Below, in pieces: positions 1 through 13,143 of a stretch of 64,000 nucleotides of DNA. The notes under the pieces were generated by a model that searched no databases, was not told where the DNA came from, and was given only the letters and a program-made list of their open reading frames with translations. Origin of the DNA: Podospora anserina (taxonomy: Eukaryota); the NCBI GenBank assembly GCA_017654855.1, contig CM030333.1, forward strand, positions 3,472,001 to 3,536,000, written 5' to 3'. Position 1 is the stretch's first letter. Every line of letters starts with the position of its first letter. A program made the translations under genes and the position numbers.

Positions 1-90
1 AGACCGGCCAGTTCTGTGGCCGGATCGTCGCCTTCTAGAGAATTCCAAAGCACCCCCTACAGTACCGCGTATGTACCTCGGCGGCACAGG

Positions 91-116
91 CTCTCTCTCT
101 CTCTCTCTCTCTCTCT
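91..116. repeat. (CT)13 microsatellite
   Basis: Perfect CT dinucleotide run read directly. Confidence 0.95.
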
Positions 117-3100
117 AGCCGACGTGGTTGCACCAGATATTCCTCAGGGAAAGAAAAGGAGGTTGAGGCAGGGGCCAAAGGCTCAACAAGGAAGACGATC
201 CAACACATCTGCACGAAGTTCCGTGAACGGCAAAGCCTTCTTCAAGCCCAGGGAACATCCACACCCGAGGCGAGCCTATTGGCTTTCCAAGAAGTACACA
301 CGTTTGACGATGCCGCCGCCGCCGGACTGCGTTCAACGTCACCGTCACCGTTCCCAAGCAAGTGGGGGTTTGGAGTTTCGGTCAACTCGCATTGTGGCCC
401 TCGGTCAAGCTCACCTTGCTCCTGATCAGGACACAATTTCTCTTGACTTTTGCGCATCATTGCCCGCATGGACGTGTGTGTCTGCGTCTTTGCCCACCAC
501 CGACATACCTATGATGCATTGACCTGGGCACCACCATCCATTGCTCACTGCAACACTGCAAGCCAGTTCATACTCGACCCGTAAGGTGAGATGGTTTGGA
601 GTTGAAAATAAACGAGGCAGGGAATCGCCAAACGAATGATCTCGGACCCCTTTTTTACACATATTCACGCCAACTGTCCGGACTTTCGCCGAAGGGCAAG
701 AAAAAAAAAAAACACGGACCTCTCTCTTTCTTTCTCTCTCTCGCTCTTCAAGTGTGGTTACGGAATGTTTCTGGAAGGGCCACCAACAAAACAGCTCACA
801 CATCCTGTCCGCTCAGAAACATTCAGTTTTGGTAAACTGACCGTCAGTGTAGCATCGGCTTTGTTGCAAAAATGCGACGTTGATTTTTCTACGTTTTGTT
901 AACCAGGTTACCATGTGTTTTTTTTTTCACCAGTCTTCCCCCCCTTCGCTTGCTTGTCTTGTTTCTATTTGGGAATTGCCTGGGCTGGGATGAGCCCTGT
1001 GTTTTTTTTCTGGAGTGAAAATAAATTTCCGATTACGATTTTCCGGTAACATCACGACATTCCGCCTGTTGGGGAACGGGGACACAGGCGAAAAGGTCTG
1101 GTGTGACGATGGACCTTGATGGCAAGGATAGGGCTGGGAGGGATGGGTGGGTAGGTGTGGGTGATATTGAGATTTTATTGTTGCGCACCACCCGTGACGG
1201 CATGTTGTGGTTTTTATCGATCGGTTTTTGGGGGAGGGGTTTGGGTGGATCATATCATTGATGATGTGATGATCTCTGGGGATTGTCATTAACACACCAC
1301 TTGTTACACTGTACAGACAAGGTAAGGCATCATCGGTTATCAGCCTCCTCGAGGCGTCGCCTCGGATGGAAGCATCTCATAATGGGCTCAATAGGTCGCT
1401 GACGATTTAATAACAACTCAAACGGCATACTATATGCATGACACTAATACCCTTTTCCTCGTAAGGCTCGACAACAACACCCACTGCTCTTTTTTTTCTT
1501 CTTCAATTTTTTAATTTTAATTTTTTTTGGGTGTGTACTGACTGATGACTGCCGAATGGACCTTGACTATATTGGGACATTTGTTAATATACTTCTTACA
1601 CATGCACTGCATGTCACTATAGCACGCCGCATGCGACTATACCTGTCATTCAGATGAATGAGACTGACTGCTGAGTGGGGAAAATGTCTTGAAAAACTCT
1701 CCGATGTGTCTCTTGTCTCTGCCTTGTGAGGTTTTGGATGTTTCTTTTCTTTTTTGTTTTTGTTTTTGGCGCTTGGAAAGAGGTTACACGGCAGGTTGAC
1801 AACCCGAAGCCGAGAGGGAGGAAGGGGGTGAGTGATCCGATCGTCGCTTTCTGGTCTCTTGTTACTTTTCCATTGCGCATTCCCATCAATTCTTTTTAAA
1901 AGGGGATATTTTGGGTCAGAATCTGGCATGTGAAGACTGAGCTGGAGATTTAACAGCAGGTGATGTATTGTATGAATACCCCATGGCTGCCAAGATAAGA
2001 AGGCAGCGAGGCCTTCTGTAAAGTAAAACGCCTCATTGTACGTTTGGATGCTGAAGCAGGTTGAAGTGGGCCAAAAAAAAAAGAACCCTGCCTAGGTACT
2101 CAAGGGGTTCTCATGACTAAAAGAGCATGGGATCTTTGTTAATGGGGCAGCAAGAGACATGCGACGAAGTCACGGAATAGGACACATGAGTACCTACTCG
2201 CAAGGCATCCTTTTCGACGGTTCAAGCGAGGCAGAAAGCCAAATGGAAATGTCCCAGCCACGATAAGCATGAGGTTCAAAAAGCAGGTTTCAAGGCTGGC
2301 TTCCGATATCATCATCCGGCGGCGTTTTGGTCCGGGGAAAGGCCCAGTCCTGTAGGCATGTCTCGGCAGTGTTGCTTCTGTCGAAATATACACACGCCGG
2401 ATGATGCATTGTGCTTGTTTTGAGAGTGTACATTGGATAATGTATCACACCTGGGGGTGGTGGAAATGTAAACAGGCTGGCAAGATGTGATATGGATATC
2501 TCACGTCTCACAGCATTTGCAACTGTTGGGAGTTTTAAATCCCATCGTTCCCTCTACGCGATCACGATCAGATAGGCAAGCCGACGCGCCCAGTGAAACC
2601 ACGCAGATTTGCCCTGCTGAGTGATGATGGTGTGTGGCTGTCGGGATTTGTGGGTGTGGGAGAGTCAGAAAGATGATATCAGCGATTCAGCCCTATGAAC
2701 CGAACTATTGGCAAGGAGAAAAGGGCGGGGGCACACAGACACACACATGGGAGTGTACCTATGTGAGTTGTATTTTTCTGAACGTGTGAGGTTCTGTGAG
2801 ACCTTATCGCGGCTTGGATGGAATTGGTGGAATAATAATGTGAGGATCATTGATGAGTCTTCCGCCTCTCCTCACCCGGTTCTAAACAAGATACCGTCCG
2901 TGCTTCGTCCCTGGCCTGGAAGTGATCGTTTTCGGTTCCGGATTCTGGGAATATGGGTTTTGTTAGCCCCCCTTATTTTTTTGTCTTGGGTTACCTTTTT
3001 GTTCGGTTCAGGGTCCTCCTCTGACCCCTTCCTCCTCATCAGTGGGTGATTTCGTTGGTTCGAATCGAGCGCGGAGCTGCTTACCCTGTTGGGAGATGCT

Positions 3101-4131
3101 GATGAATGCTTGGCACCCTTCTCGTCTTTGGTGCGCTTGGTGACTGACTGTTGGTACCGGTAGTGGAGTGGGATTTCGGGCTACGTTGCCGGCTCTTGGG
3201 GAAAGAGAGGGGAACACAAAGCCGGCTTTTCTTGTTTGTCGAAGCTTGGGGGGTACGCTATTTCTGGGCTGGGTAATCGAATGATTCTTGGAAAGAAGGA
3301 ATTCTCTTTTGCCATGTGCCAGTCAATGCAACTTCCGAGCGTCCAGATAGTTTCATGCAGGCGGCCCTTTCCAGCAGCGAGGAAATTTGTCTGCGTGGCG
3401 GCGGTTTCCAAAAGAAAGGGGGAAGGGGCTCACTCACCTCGGTCGATGGATGTCCTTGTGTCCGGAGGAGTGCAGTACGAAGTGCTCGCTGCCATTGGTC
3501 AGCAAGGAAAATCTACCGTCTCTGACGAAGAAACGGTCACCTCGGCAGATCTCCTTCGCAGGCCGGCGCTGTGCGGCGGTTGGACCCGCCTGGCGCCGTT
3601 GGCCTTCTGGATACCGTGCGGCGGCATAATATACCAAGTCAATATATTGACTCGTCAAGGCCTGCACATTGTCGCGCCCGGCTCCAGGAACACAGGATGT
3701 TGCATGCCGGTTGCCAGTTCCTACCACCACACTCCTCGCTGTCGACGTCGACGAGCAGAGCCAACAGTGTGGCATATCCACCGTGTCCCGCGCTGAGCAA
3801 CGAAGAATGGGCTGACGGGTGGGGTCGATAGAGAGCCGGGAGCGTGTCCGCGAGGAGAAGCCTGCTCTGTCTGGCAGCGTCTGGCCGGTTGTTGTCTTCA
3901 AAGACATGCATCGGAGAAAATGAGGGCGGGGGAAAGTGCGGAGCCAGCCAACCAGGAGGCCGTGATGCAGAACCATCGTGTTCCACGTGCGTCAAGCTCG
4001 GCTGTTGGACAGTCTGAGACTCTGAGTTGTTTCTCTCTATTCTGCCCTCAGCGCCTCAGCTCCTGCACGTCGACCTGTCGACGAGTGACGAGTGGCTGGG
4101 CTGGTCGGGAATCGCGAAATCAGCCGGACGA

Positions 4132-4132
4132 T

Positions 4133-4160
<28 letters not shown>
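4132..4160. repeat. (TGC)n microsatellite, ~9-10 units
   Basis: Perfect trinucleotide run in the long intergenic region. Confidence 0.9.
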
Positions 4161-4163
<3 letters not shown>

Positions 4164-7100
4164 GCACCCGCAGCCAGTATCAGCCAACGGTGGCGTCGCC
4201 AAAAAGACCACTAGCGACTGGAGATGGGGGAGAGATGGCGTCTGCTGACTGGCGAGAGCGGACCGGACGAAACGGGATGGCGTCTGCGGAATCGGCGCTA
4301 CGCAAGTCCCGCGCGAACCAGCGATCCTTCATGCGGCAGGCGTCATATAAAAAAAAGAGGAAGTTCCGTGCGTCTCCCCCACCTGGTTGAGAGGAGATGA
4401 GATGAGAGGATGGGGACAGCAGTCGAGGCGAGGGGATCACAGAGATCAGACGAAAAGGGGACACTCTCACAGACACTGTCACAGGCGGCTCGCTGCTGCT
4501 GCTGCTGCGTGTGCCTGTAGAGTTCCACCCCTTGAATCCCAGGGGACTGGGATCGAGCTAACGACATGGATGCCGAGCCCGTCCTTATCAGGCACTTGCT
4601 ATTACATGTTGTGCAGGGTTATAGGCGACGGCCTTATTTGTTGCAGCGTGCACTACTGCGGTAGTGTGAAATTGCACTTATCGTGTTCATCATAAGAAGC
4701 CGGCACTCATGACACAGGCGGGGCACCGTGATGCCACGGGGATCCTCACCCGGGATGGCGGGCAATGGAGACGGCATGGATCTGACGTCCGGCTGTTGAG
4801 CCAAAAACGCTAGGATCTTGTATCTGAACAGTAATTGTTGCGGTCTCTCGCTTGTTGATACACAGGAGGCGGGTGGTAGCTAGCTTAATTAAATAGAAGT
4901 TTGCGAGGTTTCTAGTTTCTGGTAACGAGAGCTCGGAAGAGAAAGACAGGAAGGATGGAGAGATTCATCAATATAGAAGCCTACTGCAGAGTCAAAAAAG
5001 AGGAAGGAGCAATTCATGATGCCGATGGAATTGCCAGTTTGCAGTTTCCCGTGCTGTCAATGCCCTGGCCCACAACGCACCCACCTGCCGAGCGAGCCCC
5101 GCCTAAATTTCCCAGCAGTCTCCACGTCCACCTCCTGCTTATTGCGGCATCGCATCGCATCGCCAACGACAAAAGCCCGCGAAGACAAGACAAGCACTTG
5201 GACTGTGCTGGTGCCCTGGTGCGTGCGGTGCCGGCGTGGGCCGTAGATCGGACGGGCGAGCCCCGGAGCCCCGTTTGTTTCCCGATTTTGTGAAATCCGA
5301 TTCCAATTACTCGATTCGAATGACACGCATTTTTTGGTCCTTTTGTATTTTTTATTATTATAGGCTTATGTCCCATCAGCGGTGCCGACAGACAGCAGAA
5401 GCGGGTACCTCACTGCAACCCTCGTTGGCTGGGCACGCCCTCTCTCCTTCAGGCAAGTCACTCGCCTGTGTTTCTCTCTTCCTTCGAGAGCCGTCCCAAG
5501 ACAGCGTCGCAGTCGCGGGTCGCCCTGCGCCGCGTGGTACCCTCGCGTCGGTGGCAGAACGAGTTCCAGAACAACGCGCGGAACGGCTGGCCGACCAAGC
5601 TGAAAGGGGGGGTACAGTAGGGTACGGGGTACGTCCTGATGAATGTCTCCAACGGTTCTCCTGCTGAATACCTACTTCGGACCTACAGACTCAACTCTCC
5701 CCAATGCTCGCCAGCTCTCGCCAACTCTCGCATTCGGTGCTTCACCAGCGTCCGGCGAGCCAAGACCACACCAAGACAGTGAAACCCCGCTGTGAGGAGA
5801 CATCTGGGTGAGGCCATTCCCCTGCTCTGTCGACAACTCTTGGCGACTGCCATCAGCGGCGGGCGCTGCCTGGAGCCCCTGTCCCTGTCCCTTGCTGGCA
5901 CTCCCGGTCCATCACACACTCCTTCCTTCTTATCTTCCCGAACCCTCTTTTGCCTCGTGGTAGCCATCCATCATCGCACATCGCTTCGCCGCCGCCTGGT
6001 GAGATGCCTCACCACCAGAGCCAAGCCAAGCCAAGCACAGGCGTCGCCCAGCGCCAGAGGGACACCCTTGCCATGCCGACTAACACAAGACAACCGTTCT
6101 CGTCCCCGTCTCCTCACACGCCCCTCCGCATCCTCCACCATCGACCCACCCCTCCCCCCTTCACTCTCACTCTCAACCGGGGAGAGCCACACAGGAGGAG
6201 GAAGGGCCCCCATGTAAAAAGTGTCTCGCTGATGACGGTCGTTTCCTCTCAGTCGAGCTTCGTGGATTCCATCTGATTTCCCTTTTGAGCGCCGCCGTTG
6301 CATATTCCAGGGTAACTGTCTCACTGCTCATCTCGCAACAAGAATCTCAGAACGAGAGAGAAGTGAGAGAGGGCAACGCCATGCCGCACTGCCGAAATCC
6401 ATGGGCTTGGAGCTAGCGGTTTGCTGGAGACGGGGTCCTCCCCCCAGTGGTCTGGCCCACCAGGGTGGGTATCTGTGTGGGCGCTTCCTGGAGACATGTT
6501 GAACAAAAACCATCATCCACCGGCCCGAGCTGCGAGCTGACCTGGGCTGCACTAATCCCATCCAAGCTCCGTATGACTTTTGTACTCTCAATCAACATAC
6601 AAAGCACTGGGCGCCCGTCCCATCTTCTTGTTTTCTTTCTTCTTGGCCCCTGGTTCTGCTACTCTTCCCAAGCACACCTTGCTGTGCACCTTCCAACTTG
6701 CCCTCGTCCACCGTCCACCGTCCACATACCCTTACCTCGGTGTATCCTACGGCGTCTAGCTTTAGAGTGCCGCCGACAGAACGTCCGTCTGGGTTTCTTG
6801 CTCGCTGCACTAGATTGCATACAAACAATATCGAGTCTAGTTTGGCTGCACATAATAGTGGTGGTCTCCCCCTACCAGCCCGCCCCCCGAGCGTCCCGTC
6901 CGTTCACTCCTACCCTCCCTCTTCCCTCCCCGGCTGCAGCAACAGGAGACAAGAGTCGACCTGGACCGACAACAACAACACCAGGAGCAAGGCCAACAAA
7001 GAGTGAGAAACGAGACTGTCCTGGACGCACGACAACCCTGTCTTTCGTACATGCTTTCTGCACCTGGCCTATCTGGTCTACCCTCCTCTGCCTCGCAGTA

Positions 7101-7450
7101 ATTGTTCGTTCAATTATCCGGGATCGGTGCCCTCCTCCTGCTGGAGCTTGGCGTGCCCATCTGAATAGGCGGTCGTGAGTTGACTGCGCCGCCCCTGTAC
7201 ACCTTTATCCGGTGAATATCTAGCTACCGGCCCCCTTCGACTCTTCTTTGTCCTACTGCTGCGACAAACCACCATCTACAACACCCTGCCTCACCACACA
7301 CGCACATACACACACTGTATTGGGTGTCACAGCTCGGACATACACTCCCTTCCATACGCCTCCAACTTGAGAGAGTGTGACATGACACGGACATAGGCAC
7401 GGTCATAGAATACAACTACACAAAGGCCCATATCCTCGACATATCTCTCA

Positions 7451-10422
7451 ATGGGGATTGCATCCTGCCTCGAACCTCGATTCCGTGCGGCCAACCCAAA
7501 CACCCCACCCGAGGTGCTCACACCAGACTCGGCCTCTTATAGTTCAAGACAGTCCGAGGAGAGGACCTGGAACCCGCCTGCTCCTCTCTCTCCTCCCATG
7601 TCACACTATGATCCGGCCGTCAAGGCAAACGACATGTCGTCGTCGTCGTCGTCTAACAAAGGCCCGGAAGAGCGCAGGGATACGGGGTCCGATCATAACG
7701 CACCAAGGCAACAGCTTCCATCTTTGAGCAGCATCTTTGGGCCACCAACCCAGATTCGATCCTTTCACTCTCCTCTTTCCGAGCGCCCTGGTTCCTATCC
7801 GGCCACCTCACCATTGGATCGACCTCCTAGCTCAGTTCCAAGCTTGGACAGACCATTCTCTTCGTCATCGTACTTTCCACCCGCGACGACATCCACTGCT
7901 TCACAGCCGCGAAGTGTACTGGACCCTAGGTATCAGGAACGGCCCCAGATTCCGGCCCTGTCCCGGGTTTTCCCTGGACCGCTTTCGCCTCATTCACGAG
8001 AGGAACAGCAACCAAGGCCAGATAGCCGACTCGAGTACACTTCAGGAGGACAATGGTCGGTGCAACATGAAGCCAGCAAAGAGTATTCGCTCGGCAGCCG
8101 TGGAGAAACGACCTACAGGCCGACGGCAGAGAGATACCCTGCTCACCTTTCAGGGACGAGTCGCGATGAGGGAAGACACATGGAATATCGGGAGCAATTA
8201 ACACCACAGACACCATCGCACACTCTTCCTGCCACTCCGACCAGCAGCGCCCCATCTGAGGGGGCCCCCGCAAAGGATGGACTGGGACCCAAGATCTGGA
8301 CAGGGACACACTTTCTGCCACGGTTCGTCAGAGCTGCCGAGGTGCCTGGTGAAGGAATGTGCTACTTTTACGATGATGGGAGTCATTGCAAGACAGTGAT
8401 TGACGGGGAGCAAGTCAATGCTCACTGGGGAGTCACCAAAGCTGGAAAGCCCCGGAAGAGGCTTGCTATCGCCTGCGTCACCTGCCGTGAGAAGAAGATC
8501 AAGTGCGATCCGGATTACCCGCGCTGTGTCCAGTGCGAAAAGTTCGGCCGTGTTTGCAAGTTCAAGAATGCGTGAGTCTAGAAGCCTGCTGTCTTTTTCT
8601 GCTATTGTGCATGGGGGCCTGTTTCGTATGCTAAACTATGGTTAGTCCTCGAGGTGGTCACAACGCTTCCTCTCCGTCCACGCCTCCTGCCGAGTCGGAG
8701 GATACACGGAGGCTTGGAGGTTTGATCAGAGGCCCTACCGACTACACACGACCGGGTAGCCACTCGAGCGGTTCTGTCTCGCCCAGAACGACGCTCCGAC
8801 ACCCGAGCCCCGATATGCCCACCTCTGCACCCGCGAAGCGTATTCGAATTGGCTACGATCACTACAGCCCAGCGACCAGTGTACGCTCACCGATGGGACC
8901 AGTGCCCGACACCTCCCGCCAATCCCTGCCATGGCGGCAGTCAGAAACGCTCCCTCGTATCCACGAGGACATCTTGTGCAGAGCGTGGCAAACAGACCCG
9001 TATGTGTCCGATCCTGAATCTGTGACTAGCACCATTGCCTCCGTCTTTGTACACACGGAGAGCGCAGCACTTCGCTTCCTCCCTCCGAAACCGTCTTTCC
9101 ACACATGGGTTCAGAACAGCGCTCACAGAAAATCACCAGAAGACCTGATGCTCGTGTATAGCATCCTCGCCATCGGTGCCGTCCTCTCGCGGGCCGGTTC
9201 GAGGAGCGTTGCGCACGAGTACGCCCAGGTGGCTCGGTACGCCGCAGAACGCTCGCAGCCGTCGCTCCAGCTGGTTCAAGCCAGACTTGCCCTTGCCATG
9301 CACTACCTCGCTGTCTCGAGACAGACCGACGCGAACGACATGCTGAGCAGGGCCATTTCTACAGCGATGTGGCTACAGTTGAACGTGGAACTTGACCATG
9401 TGGGAGAAAACGATTCGAGGGTAACCCTTTGGGGTTTGACGAGGCAAGAATATGCCGAGTGTCGGAGACGGATATTTTGGTCATGTTGCCTGATGGAGCG
9501 GCTTAACGAGACGTTTGCAACTCGACCGGTCACCATCAACAAGGACGACATCTTTCTCCGGCTCCCAGCAGCGGATACTACGAACTTGGACGACCGAGCG
9601 CCCCATTTCGACCCGATGCTGCGTCCGCTATCCGAATCAGCCGGGGCTGGAATCATGTCCTATCTGATTCAGATCACAGCTATGTGGGGTGATGTCATGA
9701 CATTTATCAACAGAGCCTCGCGCCGGGGAGAGCTCTACGATGCCGGGTTTGGTGATTTCCACCGTCGAACTATCGCCACCCTTGATGCTTGGGAGTCTTC
9801 TCTGCCGAAAAGGCTCCAGTTTCTGCCTGCGAGGTTGGAGATGGTCTCACCTGAAGATCAGGGCCCGCTCATACTTTTACACACCGTCCATCACCTGACG
9901 AGAATCAAGCTCCATCGGCACGTCCACCTGCGAGCTTTACAGCCCGCCACAGTCCATGACTTTATCGGCGTGTCTATGAAACATGCTGCCAAACTCCTCG
10001 AGGTGGCAGTGGCAGTGGCGCAGGCACAAGTCATCACCCCGCCCCCGTTCATCAGCACCGGAATCCTCGAAGCGATGGACGTTCTTTCATCAACCGGCTG
10101 TGGATCCGAGCTGCCGGGGTTGGTCGACAGATTTGCCGTGGCGAGAAGCGTGCTGGAGGTGCTTGGGACAAGCTGGGAGGATGCCAAGGTTCACTGCATG
10201 GCGATGGATCACCGGCTGGAAAGACTGATCGATCTGGGCGACTGGATGGGCAAGCTTGGCCGAGTGGGACGGGAAGGCGTCGAGGTTCAAGGCACGAGGG
10301 TGTTTGAATCTGAGACGGAAGAAGGCGTGGTGGTGATGCGGTGGCGGATGCCTGACGGGATGGACAGGAGATTCCCCAAGGAGATGGATCTTGTTTACTC
10401 GAGTGTTGTGATGGGAAAATGA
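7451..10422 (+). CDS. Zn(II)2Cys6 fungal transcription factor with fungal-specific TF (middle homology) domain; 2 exons, intron 8572-8645
   Basis: CVTCREKKIKCDPDYPRCVQCEKFGRVC binuclear cluster preceded by WGVTKAGKPRKRLAIA. The GTGAGT...TTAG intron joins ORFs 7451 and 8638 in frame (KNA-PRGG). ECRRRIFWSCCLMER is the fungal_trans motif. Confidence 0.93.
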
Positions 10423-13143
10423 TGTCGGATATGAGACGGCCATGTTGATAGACATGGTTTGGGGGGCGACTTTTTCCATTTTCCTTTTTTTCCCGCTCTT
10501 CTTTTTTTACACTTTGTATACCTAGCGGGTTTTCGCATGGGCCATTTTATTTTTATTTTTTGGTTTGTTTTTTTGTTTAGCATGCATGCACGATTTATCA
10601 TTGCAACGGAGTTTTTTGGCTTTATGGGTTTTGGAATTTCAAAAAGGGATGGAAGGGATGGAAGGAGGGAGGAGGAAGATTTGTCCTTTTTTCTTTTTTT
10701 TTCTCATTGTCTATATCTCTTGTTGCCTTTTTTCCCCCTTCTCTCTCTTACACACACACAAGCTTATACCCTATTTTTGTGTCTTTTTTTTATCACCCGT
10801 TTTGTTATTTACAACACACACCTACTACCTACTACCTTACCTATCTACCTAGCTACATATCTTGATGGAGACACACTATCATCCTGAATTCTTTGCCTCG
10901 AATGGGAGGGCGGGGGGGGGGAAGGATGATTAGAAATGGAAGGGGAAAAAACAAAAATGAAATACAAATTGCAAGATTTGGTTGGATGAAAAGATCTGAC
11001 TTCGGGCATAACATACAATTTTGGTTCGTTCACTCTTGCTGTTTGAATGTGACATGACGAAATACCTCGCTCTCGGAACGGGATGGAATATTGTATGTCA
11101 CACATACAGGATGTAATCAGCGTGGCTCGCTCTCCACAGTCGGATGAGCATGTATGATTTCGGCATTACCGGCGTCGGGTAAGGTAGGTAGGTTATACGA
11201 CGGTGGAGGGTTGAAAGGTAAGGAAGAGGCGGTGTTCATGGGGATGGATGACAAAGGGGGGTCCGAGGTGGGGGTGAGCGGAATGGATTTTTGTTCTTCG
11301 CCGTTTTCTAGAAAATGCCAAGGAATTTGTTTTGGGGCGGTTGGGGGGGAAGAGAAAGGATCAGATCGTGGGAATGTGGGAAGGTGGGAAGGTGCGGGAG
11401 GGTCACATGAACCAGGCCGGGGAAAGGAAGGAAGGAAGGAAGGAATGGGATGATGATGGTTGGGGAGGTGAGATGGGGCTATTGGTGGCCTTGTCGATAG
11501 CGGTAAGTAGAACGTGGTAGTGTACCTACAGGAGGATTTGGGATGGGTGGACCAGTACTTTGAATTGTGCGAATGGATTTGGGGTCACAACCGCTGGAGG
11601 AGAAATGGGAGATGCTGCACACGTACGGATACGACAGTACGCGCTTGGAGGCTGACAGACGAGGTAGACAGAGATGAGCGCTTGAGTGCAAACGTGGTGA
11701 TAATAATGTTGCGGGGAAATTCAAATGCGAGTCAACCAACTCGATCTTTCATGAATTGAAACTCCAGCCAGTCAAAGGGAGGTGAGAGTTGCCACTCAAG
11801 CACGGTTGATCAGAGCCTTTCTTTTCGGTGACGAGTGACATGTTCAAAAACAGTGACGACGTCAAACTCACGCACTCCCGTCTTTCAAAAATTGAAACAC
11901 CCGACCGAACATTCCCGTGCCACAAACAGACATTACCGCCCGTAGCAGCCCTGAGACCAAAAACAAAAAAAGGACCACGCAGCAGAAGATTCCTTCCTTC
12001 AGGCTTCCATGCAGGATTCCATGCAAGCCAATATCTTATGAGTGAGAGAGTCCCTGGGTACATGAGGCTAATGCATGCAGTGAGAATTAAAACTCAAAAA
12101 TTCGTGTGTGTCTGTGTTGGTTTTTTTAAACATGCGACAGCATGGTGAGTGGTGAGTGGTTGATAGCACCTGCCTATTTTGGGGTGGAATTTTGAGGGAG
12201 GGGTGGTATGGCGGTAAGGAACGTGCTAGAGAAAAAAGGGGGGGAGGTGCGATGAGGTTGATTTTAGACGCGCGCTACCCGCACAGGTTTTGCAGGTGTG
12301 AGGTTCTGTGGGATTTGTTGGGGGGAATAGGGAGGGCTGTGTTGAAGGTACATGTGGATTTGAGGTGGGTGAGTGGTTTCTGAAACGATTGAAGTAAATG
12401 GGTTAGTTATCGTGAGTAAATGTGACGATGAATTGGAGGGAGGGAATTTCGAAGCTGTGAATATGGGACAGAGCCGAGGATAGGTGTAAAGAAGGTAATT
12501 CTGGTTGGATGCTCTTGCTTTGGCTATGATGATGATGACAAAAATCATAGGACGCCAGAAAATTTCTTTGATCTCGCTCCAATTCAACCCCTCAACACCC
12601 TGCCAACGTACCCTACAAACTTCTATCTCATCATTATCCGCCTTTGCGTCTTTTCATTGCAGCCCTCTCCACCTTTCTGTTTTCTTCCAATCACTCTTAA
12701 TATATCAGATGACCAGGAAACAAGCCATAAATAGAAGTGGCCATACCCCACGGAGCCGCCACCAAAGCCTAATGTGACCACCTGCAAATGTGTTAGAATA
12801 GGTATACCTAAACTTACATAGGGTCGTTCTATGGATATATTCCAAAGTACGGGCCATTTCTTGGTCATCTAACCTACTTTCCGCCGCATCCAGCCTCTTG
12901 ACATATTCCGATCTCAAGGAGCACCCTTAAATTGGGGCTTATTCTCCAGCATATCTCTTATCTGCCTCTGCAGCGCCTCGGAATGATTTTATCATAGACA
13001 TCTGCCAGGTCCTCCACCAGAGAATGCGTCAAGAGAAACTTCACCAAAGGTGTGCTTCTACCCGCTCAAAGCCATCATGTAACGGTCACTCCAACGGCCT
13101 GATACCCGTAAATTGATCCAAGGGGGTGGCTATATAATGCCCT

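Noticed and set aside
16-7178. ORFs of 100-243 aa in the upstream region (e.g. 3236-3796, 6447-7178)
   Set aside because: No domains, no codon bias, and they run through microsatellites.
12705-13100. Possible gene relic (RLDAAESRLDDQEMARTLEYIHRTTL followed by GTAAGT)
   Set aside because: Looks coding, but the upstream frame is broken and no family is recognisable.
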